Below are positions 55,305-64,000 of a DNA stretch of 64,000 nucleotides, piece by piece. The stretch covers positions 71,317 to 135,316 of the forward strand of contig CAYMBW010000001.1 of assembly GCA_964388775.1 (NCBI GenBank), written 5' to 3'. A program made the translations under genes and the position numbers. How positions within the stretch are numbered: position 1 is the first letter of the stretch; each line of letters begins with the position of its first letter. Source of the DNA: an uncultured Candidatus Saccharibacteria bacterium (GTDB lineage: Bacteria; Patescibacteriota; Minisyncoccia; Minisyncoccales; PEYH01). The notes under the pieces were generated by a model that saw only the letters and a list, made by a program, of their open reading frames with translations, made no database searches and was not told the DNA's origin.

Positions 55305-56237
55305 ATGAAAAAAGCAAGAGCATTGGTTTTACTGTCAGGCGGGTTAGATTCTATCCTGACGGTTAAATTATTATTGGAGCAAAAGATAAAAGTAGAAACC
55401 CTGGTTTTTAAGAGTTGTTTTTTTGGTTCCGAACATGCGCAAATAACAGCCGAAAAACTTGGCGTTAATCTTAAAATAGTTGACTTTTCTCGCAAGCATT
55501 TTGAAATGGTTAAAAATCCAAGGCATGGTTATGGTAAAAATATGAATCCCTGTATAGATTGCCATATGTTGATGCTTAGAGTTGCCAAAGAGATAATGAC
55601 GAGAAAGGGCTTTGATTTTGTCGCCACCGGAGAGGTTTTGGGAGAAAGGCCGATGTCTCAAAATAAACAATCTCTAAAGTTGATAGAAAAACAGAGCGGA
55701 CTTAAGGGATATCTTTTGAGGCCTTTGTCGGCTAAGTTGCTTGAACCGACAGAGGCAGAGAAGCAAGGGCTTATTAACAGGAGTAAGCTTCTGTCAATCA
55801 GCGGCCGCTCGCGAAAAGAACAATTGGCAATGGCAAAAAAATGGAAAATTGATTGGTTCCCTACACCCAGTGGAGGATGCCTCTTGACTGATTCCCGGTT
55901 CTCCGAAAAATTAAGGGACTTAATCAAGAATATTGCAAAGCCGAGTATGGATGATATTGATTTGTTGAAAGTAGGCAGGCATTTTTGGGATAATGGCGTT
56001 AAAATAATTATAGGAAGAAACCACCAAGAGAATTTAAAATTGAGAGAGTTAGGTAAAAATAACGATGTCTTGTTGGAAATGAAAGAGCCGGCCGGTCCGA
56101 CTGCCTTGATAAGGGGATATAAAAAAGAAATTAGCGAAAAATCAATTCAAAAAGCAAAAGAATTGATAAGGGCGTATGCCCCAAAAGCAAGGGATAAGAA
56201 AAGAATATCTTTTGATATGTTTTCACTGGATTCTTGA
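55305..56237 (+). CDS. PP-loop tRNA thiouridylase-like protein (ThiI/MnmA-related)
   Basis: 'SGGLDS', 'NPCIDC', 'TGEVLGERPMSQ', 'GGCLLT'. Confidence 0.8.
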   Translation: MKKARALVLLSGGLDSILTVKLLLEQKIKVETLVFKSCFFGSEHAQITAEKLGVNLKIVDFSRKHFEMVKNPRHGYGKNMNPCIDCHMLMLRVAKEIMTRKGFDFVATGEVLGERPMSQNKQSLKLIEKQSGLKGYLLRPLSAKLLEPTEAEKQGLINRSKLLSISGRSRKEQLAMAKKWKIDWFPTPSGGCLLTDSRFSEKLRDLIKNIAKPSMDDIDLLKVGRHFWDNGVKIIIGRNHQENLKLRELGKNNDVLLEMKEPAGPTALIRGYKKEISEKSIQKAKELIRAYAPKARDKKRISFDMFSLDS

Positions 56238-56292
56238 TTTGGGCTAATTGTTTGCATCTGTTATAATATAAAAATATAGATTCTAAAAAGAA

Positions 56293-57393
56293 ATGATAAA
56301 CATAGCCGTTATAAAAGATTATTTATCTCAAGCATTGAGCAATAGGCCGGAGGTATTAAGCAAAGTTTTTTGGGGAAATACGTTTTTTGATTACTTGATA
56401 GCGTTTTTTGTTTTTATAGTGGTTATTTTAATTTTAAGAATTTTTAAGGAGTTTATAATCGTAAAATTAAAGAATTTCGCAAAGCACACTAAAACCAAAA
56501 TTGACGATGTGTTGGTTAGAGTTATTGATTCCGTGGGTTGGCCCCTATATGTTATTCTTTCTTTTTATTTGGCATTCCTTTTTATCCGTATTCCGGAAGC
56601 CATAGAGAAATATTTTCCGACAGTAATTTTTGTTTTCTTGGTTTTTTACATAGTAAAAGCCGTTCAGGTTTTGATAGATTACAGCACAGAGAGAGCCGTA
56701 TCAGAAGATGAAAAAGACGGGAAGATAGATCGTCCGGGCCTGCGGTTTGTCGGCAAATTAACAAAGGTTATAGTATGGGCATTTGGATTTATTGTCATCT
56801 TGCGGTCTTTTGGATATAATGTCACCGCTTTGGCAGCCAGCTTGGGAATCGGCGGTATCGCTATCGCTTTTGCTTTACAAAATGTTCTGGCCGATATTTT
56901 TGCTTCGTTTGCGATTGACATTGACCGACCCTTCAAAGTAGGGGATTTTATTTCTATTGGCGAAGAAATGGGCAAAGTAAAGAGTATTGGGATAAAATCT
57001 ACTCGTTTGCAAAGTTTACAAGGAGAAGAATTGGTTATCTCCAACAAGGAGCTCACTAATTCTCGAATTCATAATTTCGGCCAAATGCAGAGAAGAAGGT
57101 CTGTTTTTATGATAGGAGTTGCTTATGATACGCCGCTAAAAAAATTAGAAAAAATTCCCGGAATAATCAAGGATATTTTAAAAAACATTAAAGGAGTTAT
57201 GGTGGATAGGGTATATTTTAAAGAATTTGGGACATTTAATTTGGGGTTTGAAATCGCCTATTTTTTCAAATCAGCCAATTTCAATGACTTTGTTAAAGTC
57301 AGGGAAACGATTAATTTTGGCATTAAAAAGGCCTTTGACAAAGAAGGGATTTCCATAGTCAATTCGGCGCCGAGAGTTCTACCAAAGAAATAA
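56293..57393 (+). CDS. mscS: Small-conductance mechanosensitive channel
   Basis: 'LGIGGIAIAFALQ', 'RPFKVGDFI'. Confidence 0.9.
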   Translation: MINIAVIKDYLSQALSNRPEVLSKVFWGNTFFDYLIAFFVFIVVILILRIFKEFIIVKLKNFAKHTKTKIDDVLVRVIDSVGWPLYVILSFYLAFLFIRIPEAIEKYFPTVIFVFLVFYIVKAVQVLIDYSTERAVSEDEKDGKIDRPGLRFVGKLTKVIVWAFGFIVILRSFGYNVTALAASLGIGGIAIAFALQNVLADIFASFAIDIDRPFKVGDFISIGEEMGKVKSIGIKSTRLQSLQGEELVISNKELTNSRIHNFGQMQRRRSVFMIGVAYDTPLKKLEKIPGIIKDILKNIKGVMVDRVYFKEFGTFNLGFEIAYFFKSANFNDFVKVRETINFGIKKAFDKEGISIVNSAPRVLPKK

Positions 57394-57453
57394 CTTTATT
57401 AGAGAAAAAAAGGCCGGGTCTCGCGACTCGGCTTTACTCGTTTCCGCTGTTTC

Positions 57454-57807
57454 TCAATTTTCCGGAGAGAGCATTCTCCGAACCGTTTCGCCCACTTGTT
57501 CCGGGCGGCAGAATTCGCATCCTAACTTTTCAAAAACCGTACGTTCGTAGGAAAACTGTGAGACAGCGACAGCAGTCATCCCCGGCCTATTGACGATAGA
57601 AAAGGCAACAGCGCGCGGGTCCTCGTAGTGGTCTCCGTCAAACCCGCGAGCATTGAAAAGGACGATGTCGGGATGAATCTCACCGATTTGCCGCATTCCT
57701 GTTTCCTCGGTCAACGCCACAGCAAGGTTGCACTTGCCTTTTGCCACTTCTTTTTCTATCTCTCGGCGTACTCCTTCGGGTGTGTTTATCAGTAGCACTG
57801 TCTTCAT
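57454..57807 (-). CDS. Hypothetical protein, degenerate receiver-like fold
   Basis: 'KTVLLI', 'PDIVLF'; own TTGACT-17-TAATAT promoter; more GC-rich than its neighbours. Confidence 0.6.
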   Translation of the reverse strand: MKTVLLINTPEGVRREIEKEVAKGKCNLAVALTEETGMRQIGEIHPDIVLFNARGFDGDHYEDPRAVAFSIVNRPGMTAVAVSQFSYERTVFEKLGCEFCRPEQVGETVRRMLSPEN

Positions 57808-57915
57808 TTTTTGTTTCCCCCTTCAGAAGTTAGAGTAATTTAAATATTACCATATAGTTGTTGCGAAGTCAAATTTTAAATTGTGTTTTTAAGGCAAATA
57901 TACTAACCTATAATA

Positions 57916-58665
57916 ATGGTTAAAATTATTGCTTTAGCCAATTTGAAGGGCGGAACAGGGAAGACAAATGTGGCGGTAAATCTTTCTATGTTTCTTTCTG
58001 CTCTTGGGAAAAGGGTTTTACTCATTGATTTAACTCCGCAAGGAGATGCCACTTTTTCTTTGGGAATCAAAAGCAGCCCGAATTATGTGGGCGATGTTTT
58101 ATTGCAAAAAATCAGACCAAAATTGGCGGTCAAAAGCACCCCTTATTTCGCTTTTGATATTATGCCTTCTTTCCCGGAGCTAATCTCTGCCATCAGTAAA
58201 CTAAGAGAAGTGCGCAAGCCGGAAACTCGACTGAAAGAAGCGATTGAGAAAATGGAAGAGGACTACGATTTTGTTATTGTAGACACTTGCCCGGATTTTA
58301 ATATTCTTACCCTTAACGCTCTTTATACCGCTGATGAAATTATGATTCCAATTCAATCAGAATGCCTGGCCCTAAGAAATGCTAATCAATTAGTTTCTAT
58401 GATTCATTCTTTTATCTCTCTGAAAGAAAAAGAAGTGAGCGCTGTCTTGACAATGTATGGTTGGAGAAGCAAGATTTCAAGAAGCGTTTCCAAGGCGGTT
58501 AAAAACGAATTTGAAGGTTATGTTTATAATACTGTTATTCCCAGAACCGCTATTTTATCCCAAGTAACGGGTTCAAAAGAGCCGATTTTAAAATCCGCTC
58601 CCAATTCCCGCGCCGCTCGCGCGTTCAAGCAGTTAGCCGAAGAAGTAATCTCCCGCACCCCATAA
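57916..58665 (+). CDS. parA: ParA/Soj-family ATPase
   Basis: 'KGGTGKT', 'LIDLTPQG', 'VDTCP'. Confidence 0.88.
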   Translation: MVKIIALANLKGGTGKTNVAVNLSMFLSALGKRVLLIDLTPQGDATFSLGIKSSPNYVGDVLLQKIRPKLAVKSTPYFAFDIMPSFPELISAISKLREVRKPETRLKEAIEKMEEDYDFVIVDTCPDFNILTLNALYTADEIMIPIQSECLALRNANQLVSMIHSFISLKEKEVSAVLTMYGWRSKISRSVSKAVKNEFEGYVYNTVIPRTAILSQVTGSKEPILKSAPNSRAARAFKQLAEEVISRTP

Positions 58666-58792
58666 TCAATAATCACTAATCACTAATTAAAAATTACGAG
58701 GCCCGGCCTCGTAATTTTGGTTTCTCTATTTTTAACTTTTCATTTTTAACTTTTAATTTGAGCGAAGTTCGCCCAAGGCGGACAAGCGATTG

Positions 58793-58876
58793 TGCCGGAG
58801 GAGGGAATCGAACCCACAAGTCCTTGCGGACAATGGATTTTGAATCCATCGTGTTTACCTATTTCACCACTCCGGC
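58793..58876 (-). tRNA. tRNA-Leu(CAA)
   Basis: GCCGGAG/CTCCGGC acceptor, ATGGA-TTCAAAA-TCCAT anticodon arm, long variable arm, GGTTCGATT. Confidence 0.93.
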
Positions 58877-58902
58877 ATATTTATCTATTAGCAAATTTAA
58901 TG

Positions 58903-60948
58903 CTATTTTTCAACTTTTTTAGAGGTTTCTCCGCACTCTTTATTTGAGCATTTTGTTTGCTTCCTTTTTGTTATTATCATTAATGCTCCGCATTGCTCGC
59001 ATTTTTTACCGGTTGGCTTGTCCCATAAAGCAAAATCGCATTTCGGAAATTTATTGCAACCGTAAAATATTTTTCCTTTTTTAGTCCGTTTTTCAGTAAT
59101 TTCTCCTTGTTTGCATTTGGGGCAGGGAATTCCGAGTTTATTGTCTTTAAGCGATTCCGTATACCGGCATTTTGGGAAATTGGTGCAGGCGTAAAATTTG
59201 CCGAACCTCCCTAATTTTATAATCAATTCCGCTCCGCATTCGGGGCATTTTTTATCGGTTTTTTCTTCCGCAATTTCCTGCTTGGAAAGCTCTTTTTCCT
59301 TTCTGGACAACGTCTCGGCGAATGGCTGATAAAAATCACTTACTACTTTCTGCCATTCCTTTTCCCCTTCGGCGATTTCATCTAAATCCGCCTCCATTTT
59401 AGCGGTGAATTCAATATCAACAATTTTAGGAAAATTTTCCACCAGCAAATCATTTACCACCGTGCCGATTTCTGTTGGTTGGAATTTTTTTTGTTCGTTC
59501 TTAGAAACATAATTCCGCCTTTGGATGGTAGAAATAATCGGGGCATAAGTGGATGGCCGGCCGATTCCGTATTGTTCCAATGCTTTGATTAAAGAGGGCT
59601 CGTTATAGCGGGCAAGGGGCTGAGTAAAATGTTGTGAAGGAGTCAGTTTGATTAATTCCAATATTTCTTTTTCTTGAAGTTCCGGAATCTCATTTTCTCC
59701 AAATTGCAATGGATAAATTTTCAAAAATCCCTCAAATTTTAATATTTGTCCTCTTGCCTGAAAAATATATTTGCAGGACTCCGGATTTCTCGCTTCAATC
59801 TTTACATCCGTAGAATCAATAATCGCTTCGCTCATTTGGCTTGCCATAAATCTTGACCAGATTAATTGATAAAGTTTTGCTTGGGCCCCTTCTAAATTAA
59901 GTTTTTGGGGGTCGTTTTGGGGGTTGGAAGGCCTGATTGCTTCGTGCGCTTCCTGTGCTCCTTTGCTTTTTGTTTTGTATTTACGCGAAAAACCGGGCCA
60001 ATATTTTTCTCCAAAATTTTCAATAATATATTTTTTGGCTGCGAAAGTGGATTCAGCGGAAAGATTTAAAGAATCGGTCCGATGATAGGAAATCAGCCCT
60101 CTTTCATAAAGGTTTTGAGCCAGAGACATTGTTTTGTATGAGCTTAACCGCAATCGTTGTCCGGCGGTTTGTTGGAGCGTGCTGGTGGTGAATGGGGGAA
60201 GAGGATTTCTTTTCGTCGCCTTCTTATCAATAGATGTTACTTCAAAAATCGCATCCTTTAAATCATTGACTATCGTTTCCGCTTCTTTCTGCGTCTTAAT
60301 CCCCAATTTCGGAATTTTTTTGTCGTCTTTTTCTATCAAAATAGCGTCAAATTCGTTTTTCGTTTTGAGTGAAGCGATTATATTCCAATATTCTTCTGCT
60401 TTGAATTTTTCGATTTCCCTTTCCCGTTCCACTATTAGCCGGACTGTTGCTGACTGGACTCGACCGGCAGAAAGTCCGCGAGCGACTTTTTTCCACAAGA
60501 GAGGCGATAGTTTATAGCCCACGATTCTATCTAACACTCTTCGCGCCGTTTGAGCGTCCACTAAATTCAGATAAAGCTGACGCGGATTTTTCAGCGCTTC
60601 CTTGATTGCTTTTTCAGTTATTTCGTGAAAAACGATTCTTTGATAACTTTTTAAACCCAAAATTTCTTTAAGATGATAGGCAATCGCTTCTCCTTCTCTG
60701 TCCTCGTCGGTAGCGAGGATGACTTCAGAAGCATCTTTAACCAATTTTTTCAAAGAATTTACGGTTTTTCTTGATTTTGTGGGGATGACATACTGAGGGG
60801 CAAAATTATTTTCAATATCAACGCCCAATTTTGATTTGGGCAAATCTCTGACATGGCCAAAACTGGCCGCGAGCTCATACTCTTTGCCCAAGAAGTTGCC
60901 GAGAGTTTTTCCCTTAGTAGGGCTTTCCACAATAATTAATTTTGCCAT
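58903..60948 (-). CDS. topA: DNA topoisomerase I
   Basis: 'IVESP', 'ATDEDREGE', 'SAGRVQS', 'SYHRTDS', C-terminal zinc ribbons. Confidence 0.96.
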   Translation of the reverse strand: MAKLIIVESPTKGKTLGNFLGKEYELAASFGHVRDLPKSKLGVDIENNFAPQYVIPTKSRKTVNSLKKLVKDASEVILATDEDREGEAIAYHLKEILGLKSYQRIVFHEITEKAIKEALKNPRQLYLNLVDAQTARRVLDRIVGYKLSPLLWKKVARGLSAGRVQSATVRLIVEREREIEKFKAEEYWNIIASLKTKNEFDAILIEKDDKKIPKLGIKTQKEAETIVNDLKDAIFEVTSIDKKATKRNPLPPFTTSTLQQTAGQRLRLSSYKTMSLAQNLYERGLISYHRTDSLNLSAESTFAAKKYIIENFGEKYWPGFSRKYKTKSKGAQEAHEAIRPSNPQNDPQKLNLEGAQAKLYQLIWSRFMASQMSEAIIDSTDVKIEARNPESCKYIFQARGQILKFEGFLKIYPLQFGENEIPELQEKEILELIKLTPSQHFTQPLARYNEPSLIKALEQYGIGRPSTYAPIISTIQRRNYVSKNEQKKFQPTEIGTVVNDLLVENFPKIVDIEFTAKMEADLDEIAEGEKEWQKVVSDFYQPFAETLSRKEKELSKQEIAEEKTDKKCPECGAELIIKLGRFGKFYACTNFPKCRYTESLKDNKLGIPCPKCKQGEITEKRTKKGKIFYGCNKFPKCDFALWDKPTGKKCEQCGALMIITKRKQTKCSNKECGETSKKVEK

Positions 60949-61814
60949 TTGTTTTTTATAATAAAGACATTGCTTCCTAAATTTTTTATTATCCCTGTCA
61001 TTTCTAAATTAATCAAACAAGAATTTATTTTCATTGGAGATAATTTGGTCTTTTCAATTATTTGATTGATATGCAAGGCCTGATTTTTTAGGGCGTTTAA
61101 TATTGATTTTTCCTCATTTGTCGCGCTTACCAGTTTTTGGCTTATTATTTTTGGAGTAATTCCAAATTCTTTCAAAATATCTTCTCCGTTTTCAACCAAT
61201 TTTGCCCCGCATTTAATAAGGCCGTTACATCCTCTGGAATTTAGGGCATAAATGGAGCCGGGTAAAGCAAAAATCGTTTTTTTCTGTTGGAATCCGTGGC
61301 GAGCGGTAATCAAAGCGCCGGACCGTTCTTTCGCCTCAATTACCAAGAGGGCATTGCTGATTCCTGAAATTATCCTGTTTCTTTTCGGAAAATTGCTTTT
61401 ATGGCCCGGTGTGTTTGGGGGATACTCTGAAATAACGGCCCCGTTGCTTTCAATAATTTTTTGGAACAAGCCGAGGTTTTCTTGGGGATAAACACTCTTT
61501 TCGTCAAGGCCGGTTCCCAGTACGGCGATTGTTTTGGAATTATAGTCCAATGCGGTTTGGTGAGCAATGGTGTCAATGCCTTTTGCCATTCCGCTTACGA
61601 TTACAAATCCGGCTTGGGCCAGCTTGGAAACAATTTCTATTGTTGCCTGTTTCCCATAATCCGAGCATCGCCTTGTGCCGACAACGGCTATCACCGGCTC
61701 TCTGCCGAGACCTAAGTTTCCTTTATAATATAAGACCCTTGGCGGGTCAATTATTTCTTTCAGCAGTCGGGGATAGAAAGGGTCATCTATACCGATTGTT
61801 TTTATATCTTCCAT
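60936..61814 (-). CDS. dprA: DNA-processing protein DprA
   Basis: 'VVGTR', 'VSGMAKGID', 'FPKRNRIISG', 'SGALITA'. Confidence 0.95.
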   Translation of the reverse strand: MEDIKTIGIDDPFYPRLLKEIIDPPRVLYYKGNLGLGREPVIAVVGTRRCSDYGKQATIEIVSKLAQAGFVIVSGMAKGIDTIAHQTALDYNSKTIAVLGTGLDEKSVYPQENLGLFQKIIESNGAVISEYPPNTPGHKSNFPKRNRIISGISNALLVIEAKERSGALITARHGFQQKKTIFALPGSIYALNSRGCNGLIKCGAKLVENGEDILKEFGITPKIISQKLVSATNEEKSILNALKNQALHINQIIEKTKLSPMKINSCLINLEMTGIIKNLGSNVFIIKNKWQN

Positions 61815-61832
61815 TAGGGTCCTGATGTTTTT

Positions 61833-62363
61833 CTATAAAGAAGAGAATAAAGAGATTATCGCTTCTTCCTTTATATTTTTTAGTTGTTTTGATTCTTCTT
61901 TGGTAAATTTTTGCAAAACAAATTTTTTTGTATCTATTTTGCTTTTTGCTTTGTTTAGAATACCTATTTTAAGCTGTTTAAAATTTTTGTTCCCGAGTAA
62001 AGAGATAATGGATTCAATTCCTTTGTGTCCGCCGGAGCCAGATTCATTTTTAATTCTTATTTTTCCGAATTCCAAATCTATATCATCATGCACAATCCAA
62101 AGTTCGTCCGGCGATATTTTATAAAAAGCGGTTAATGGTTTTACCGCTTCGCCGGAATTGTTCATAAATGTTTGGGGCTTTGCCAGAATCAATTTTTTAT
62201 CTCCGTATTCCCCGATACACAACTTTGTTTTAAGCCGTTTTTTATTTTCCCAAACAGAAAAATCGCCATTTTTTCTTATTTGGTCCAAGATTTCAAATCC
62301 AATATTATGGCGGGTGTTTTTAAATTTTAGACCCGGGTTTCCAAGCCCGACTATCAAAATCAT
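61833..62363 (-). CDS. pth: Peptidyl-tRNA hydrolase
   Basis: 'GLGNPG..TRHNIGF', 'TFMNNSG', 'HDDID', 'GGHKG'. Confidence 0.95.
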   Translation of the reverse strand: MILIVGLGNPGLKFKNTRHNIGFEILDQIRKNGDFSVWENKKRLKTKLCIGEYGDKKLILAKPQTFMNNSGEAVKPLTAFYKISPDELWIVHDDIDLEFGKIRIKNESGSGGHKGIESIISLLGNKNFKQLKIGILNKAKSKIDTKKFVLQKFTKEESKQLKNIKEEAIISLFSSL

Positions 62364-62684
62364 GTTTTCATTATATATCTATTTTTAAAAATCAGGCAAT
62401 CAATCAATGTCAATAATAAAATTTGTTCCGTCGGTTTTGAATTATTATGTTATTTTACCCGCCCGGGGCGGGTAATTTTTCACATTTGCGCAGGAAGGGA
62501 GATGTCTCCTCCTCAAATAATAGAAAACTATCTTCCAATGGCGCAGTTTAGAATTGAGAGGTTCTTCTAACTCTTGCGTTTTCGGCTCATCAGCGTGGAT
62601 TACCAACCGGCCCCCGCTTTTTTGTTGTCAAAACATCGCTTTTGGTTTACAATGATTGAATTGTCACTAAATTGTTATCAGATT

Positions 62685-63218
62685 ATGAAAAAATTTATTC
62701 TTTTTATTTGGGAGATAGTTAAGATAAGCATTATCGCTTTGCTCATAGTCGTGCCTATCAGGGCTTTTGTTTTCCAGCCCTTTTTTGTGAGTGGTGCGAG
62801 CATGGAACCCAATTTCCATGATTATGACTATATCATAGTTGATGAAATTTCTTATCGTTTAGGCAGCCCTCATCGGGGCGATGTGATAATTTTCTATAAC
62901 CCGCAAGATACGAGCAAAAGATTAATAAAAAGGGTGGTTGGCTTACCCGGAGAGACGATAAAAGTCCTTGATGGGCAGATTTTTATAAAAAATGACGATG
63001 AGGATTTTTCTATCTTAAATGAATCAAAATATTTGCCTTTTGAAACTAAAACTGCCGGGCATCTTGAAATAACCCTTGACGATAATCAATATTTTGTTTG
63101 CGGCGATAATCGCAATGTTTCCTTGGACTCCCGGTCGTTCGGTCCCTTGAAAAAGGATTTAATTATCGGCAGAAGCGTCTTCCGATTATGGCCCTTAAAT
63201 ACTTTTGTCAGCAAATGA
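62685..63218 (+). CDS. lepB: Signal peptidase I
   Basis: 'GASMEP', 'IKRVVGLPG', 'GDNR..SLDSR'; start taken at ATG 62685. Confidence 0.93.
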   Translation: MKKFILFIWEIVKISIIALLIVVPIRAFVFQPFFVSGASMEPNFHDYDYIIVDEISYRLGSPHRGDVIIFYNPQDTSKRLIKRVVGLPGETIKVLDGQIFIKNDDEDFSILNESKYLPFETKTAGHLEITLDDNQYFVCGDNRNVSLDSRSFGPLKKDLIIGRSVFRLWPLNTFVSK

Positions 63219-63222
63219 TGAT

Positions 63223-64000
63223 ATGACAGGAAAACAGGTGAGCAAAAAAATTCAGGCGCCTCAGGGAATGTTTGATATTCTCCCGGAAGAACAGCCGTTT
63301 TATAAGAAGGTTTACGGAACCGGAGAAAAAATTTCTTCATTTTATGGATTTAAAGAAATCACTCCGCCGATTTTAGAATCAACTGAACTTTTTGAGAAAG
63401 GTACCGGTGAAGCAACCGAAATAGTAGAAAAACAAATGTATTCGCTTAGGACTAAAGGCGGGGATTCCTTAACTCTGAGGCCGGAATTTACTCCGTCCCT
63501 GGCAAGGGTCTATCTTGAACAAGGGATGATAAGTTTGCCTCAGCCGGTCAAAATGTTTTCTTTTGGTCCGGTCTTCAGACACGAGAGGCCGCAGGCAGGC
63601 AGGTACCGCCAATTTAACCAATTCAATCTGGAGGTTTTTGGTTCCGAGCACCCGATAGTGGACGTGGAAGTTATTTATGTCTTTTATAATATTCTTCAAT
63701 CCCTGGGGATTAAAAAATTGATTATTGAACTTAACAGTATCGGAGACAAAGAGTGTATAGGAGAATATAAGAAGCTTTTAGTAAGATATTTAAAGAAAAA
63801 CGAGGATTCTTTATGCGCAGATTGCAAAAGACGGCTCAAGGCAAATCCTTTGAGGATAATGGATTGCAAGCAGGAAAGGTGTAAGCAGATAGCTCTTGGC
63901 GCCCCCCAAATTATTGACCATCTTTGTAAAGAATGCCATAATCATTTCAAAAAGGTTTTGGAGTTTTTAGATGGCTTAGGTCTGCCCTATAGTCTGAATC
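63223..64000 (+). CDS. hisS: Histidine--tRNA ligase (3'-truncated by the window edge)
   Basis: Hand translation: 'PQGMFDILP', 'EKQMY', 'LRPEFT', 'FRHERPQAGRYRQF'. Missing from the ORF track because it has no stop in the window. Confidence 0.93.
   Translation, partial: MTGKQVSKKIQAPQGMFDILPEEQPFYKKVYGTGEKISSFYGFKEITPPILESTELFEKGTGEATEIVEKQMYSLRTKGGDSLTLRPEFTPSLARVYLEQGMISLPQPVKMFSFGPVFRHERPQAGRYRQFNQFNLEVFGSEHPIVDVEVIYVFYNILQSLGIKKLIIELNSIGDKECIGEYKKLLVRYLKKNEDSLCADCKRRLKANPLRIMDCKQERCKQIALGAPQIIDHLCKECHNHFKKVLEFLDGLGLPYSLN

Noticed and set aside
62570-62600. Hammerhead ribozyme core on the minus strand (CTGATGA...GAAA)
   Set aside because: Only 3 nt separate the core segments, so stem II cannot form, and there is no convincing stem III.
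1-64000. Alternative genetic code (TGA=Gly) as in Gracilibacteria/Absconditabacteria
   Set aside because: Conserved genes are full length under code 11 and several end at TGA.

Overview
This is a low-GC, gene-dense bacterial chromosome segment using the standard code (TGA = stop). Gene content suggests a Patescibacteria/CPR (Parcubacteria-like) genome: eukaryote-type GlyRS and IleRS2, Elp3, archaeal-type GlmU and few Shine-Dalgarno sites. That assignment is inference. Most of the window is housekeeping: holA, rpsT, ruvA, murE, greA, infC-rpmI-rplT, smpB-ssrA, argS, ileS, glyQS, rsmI, metG, leuS, glmS, iorAB, parA, topA, dprA, pth, lepB, hisS, two tRNAs and tmRNA. The main accessory element is a complete diversity-generating retroelement (DGR) between rpsT and ruvA, with a target gene, VR, TR, an inverted avd and RT; all 13 VR/TR differences fall at TR adenines. 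Three integrase-less cassettes (the DGR, a REP-associated tyrosine transposase and a DUF433/PIN toxin-antitoxin pair) are each bracketed by a 28-49 bp direct repeat of a host promoter or gene end. Other notable signals are a head-to-head Elp3/Trm9-like pair, tmRNA overlapping the smpB stop codon, heptanucleotide arrays inserted in-frame in essential genes, dispersed REP-like palindromes and several tiny stand-alone transcription units. All alignments and coordinates were done by eye.
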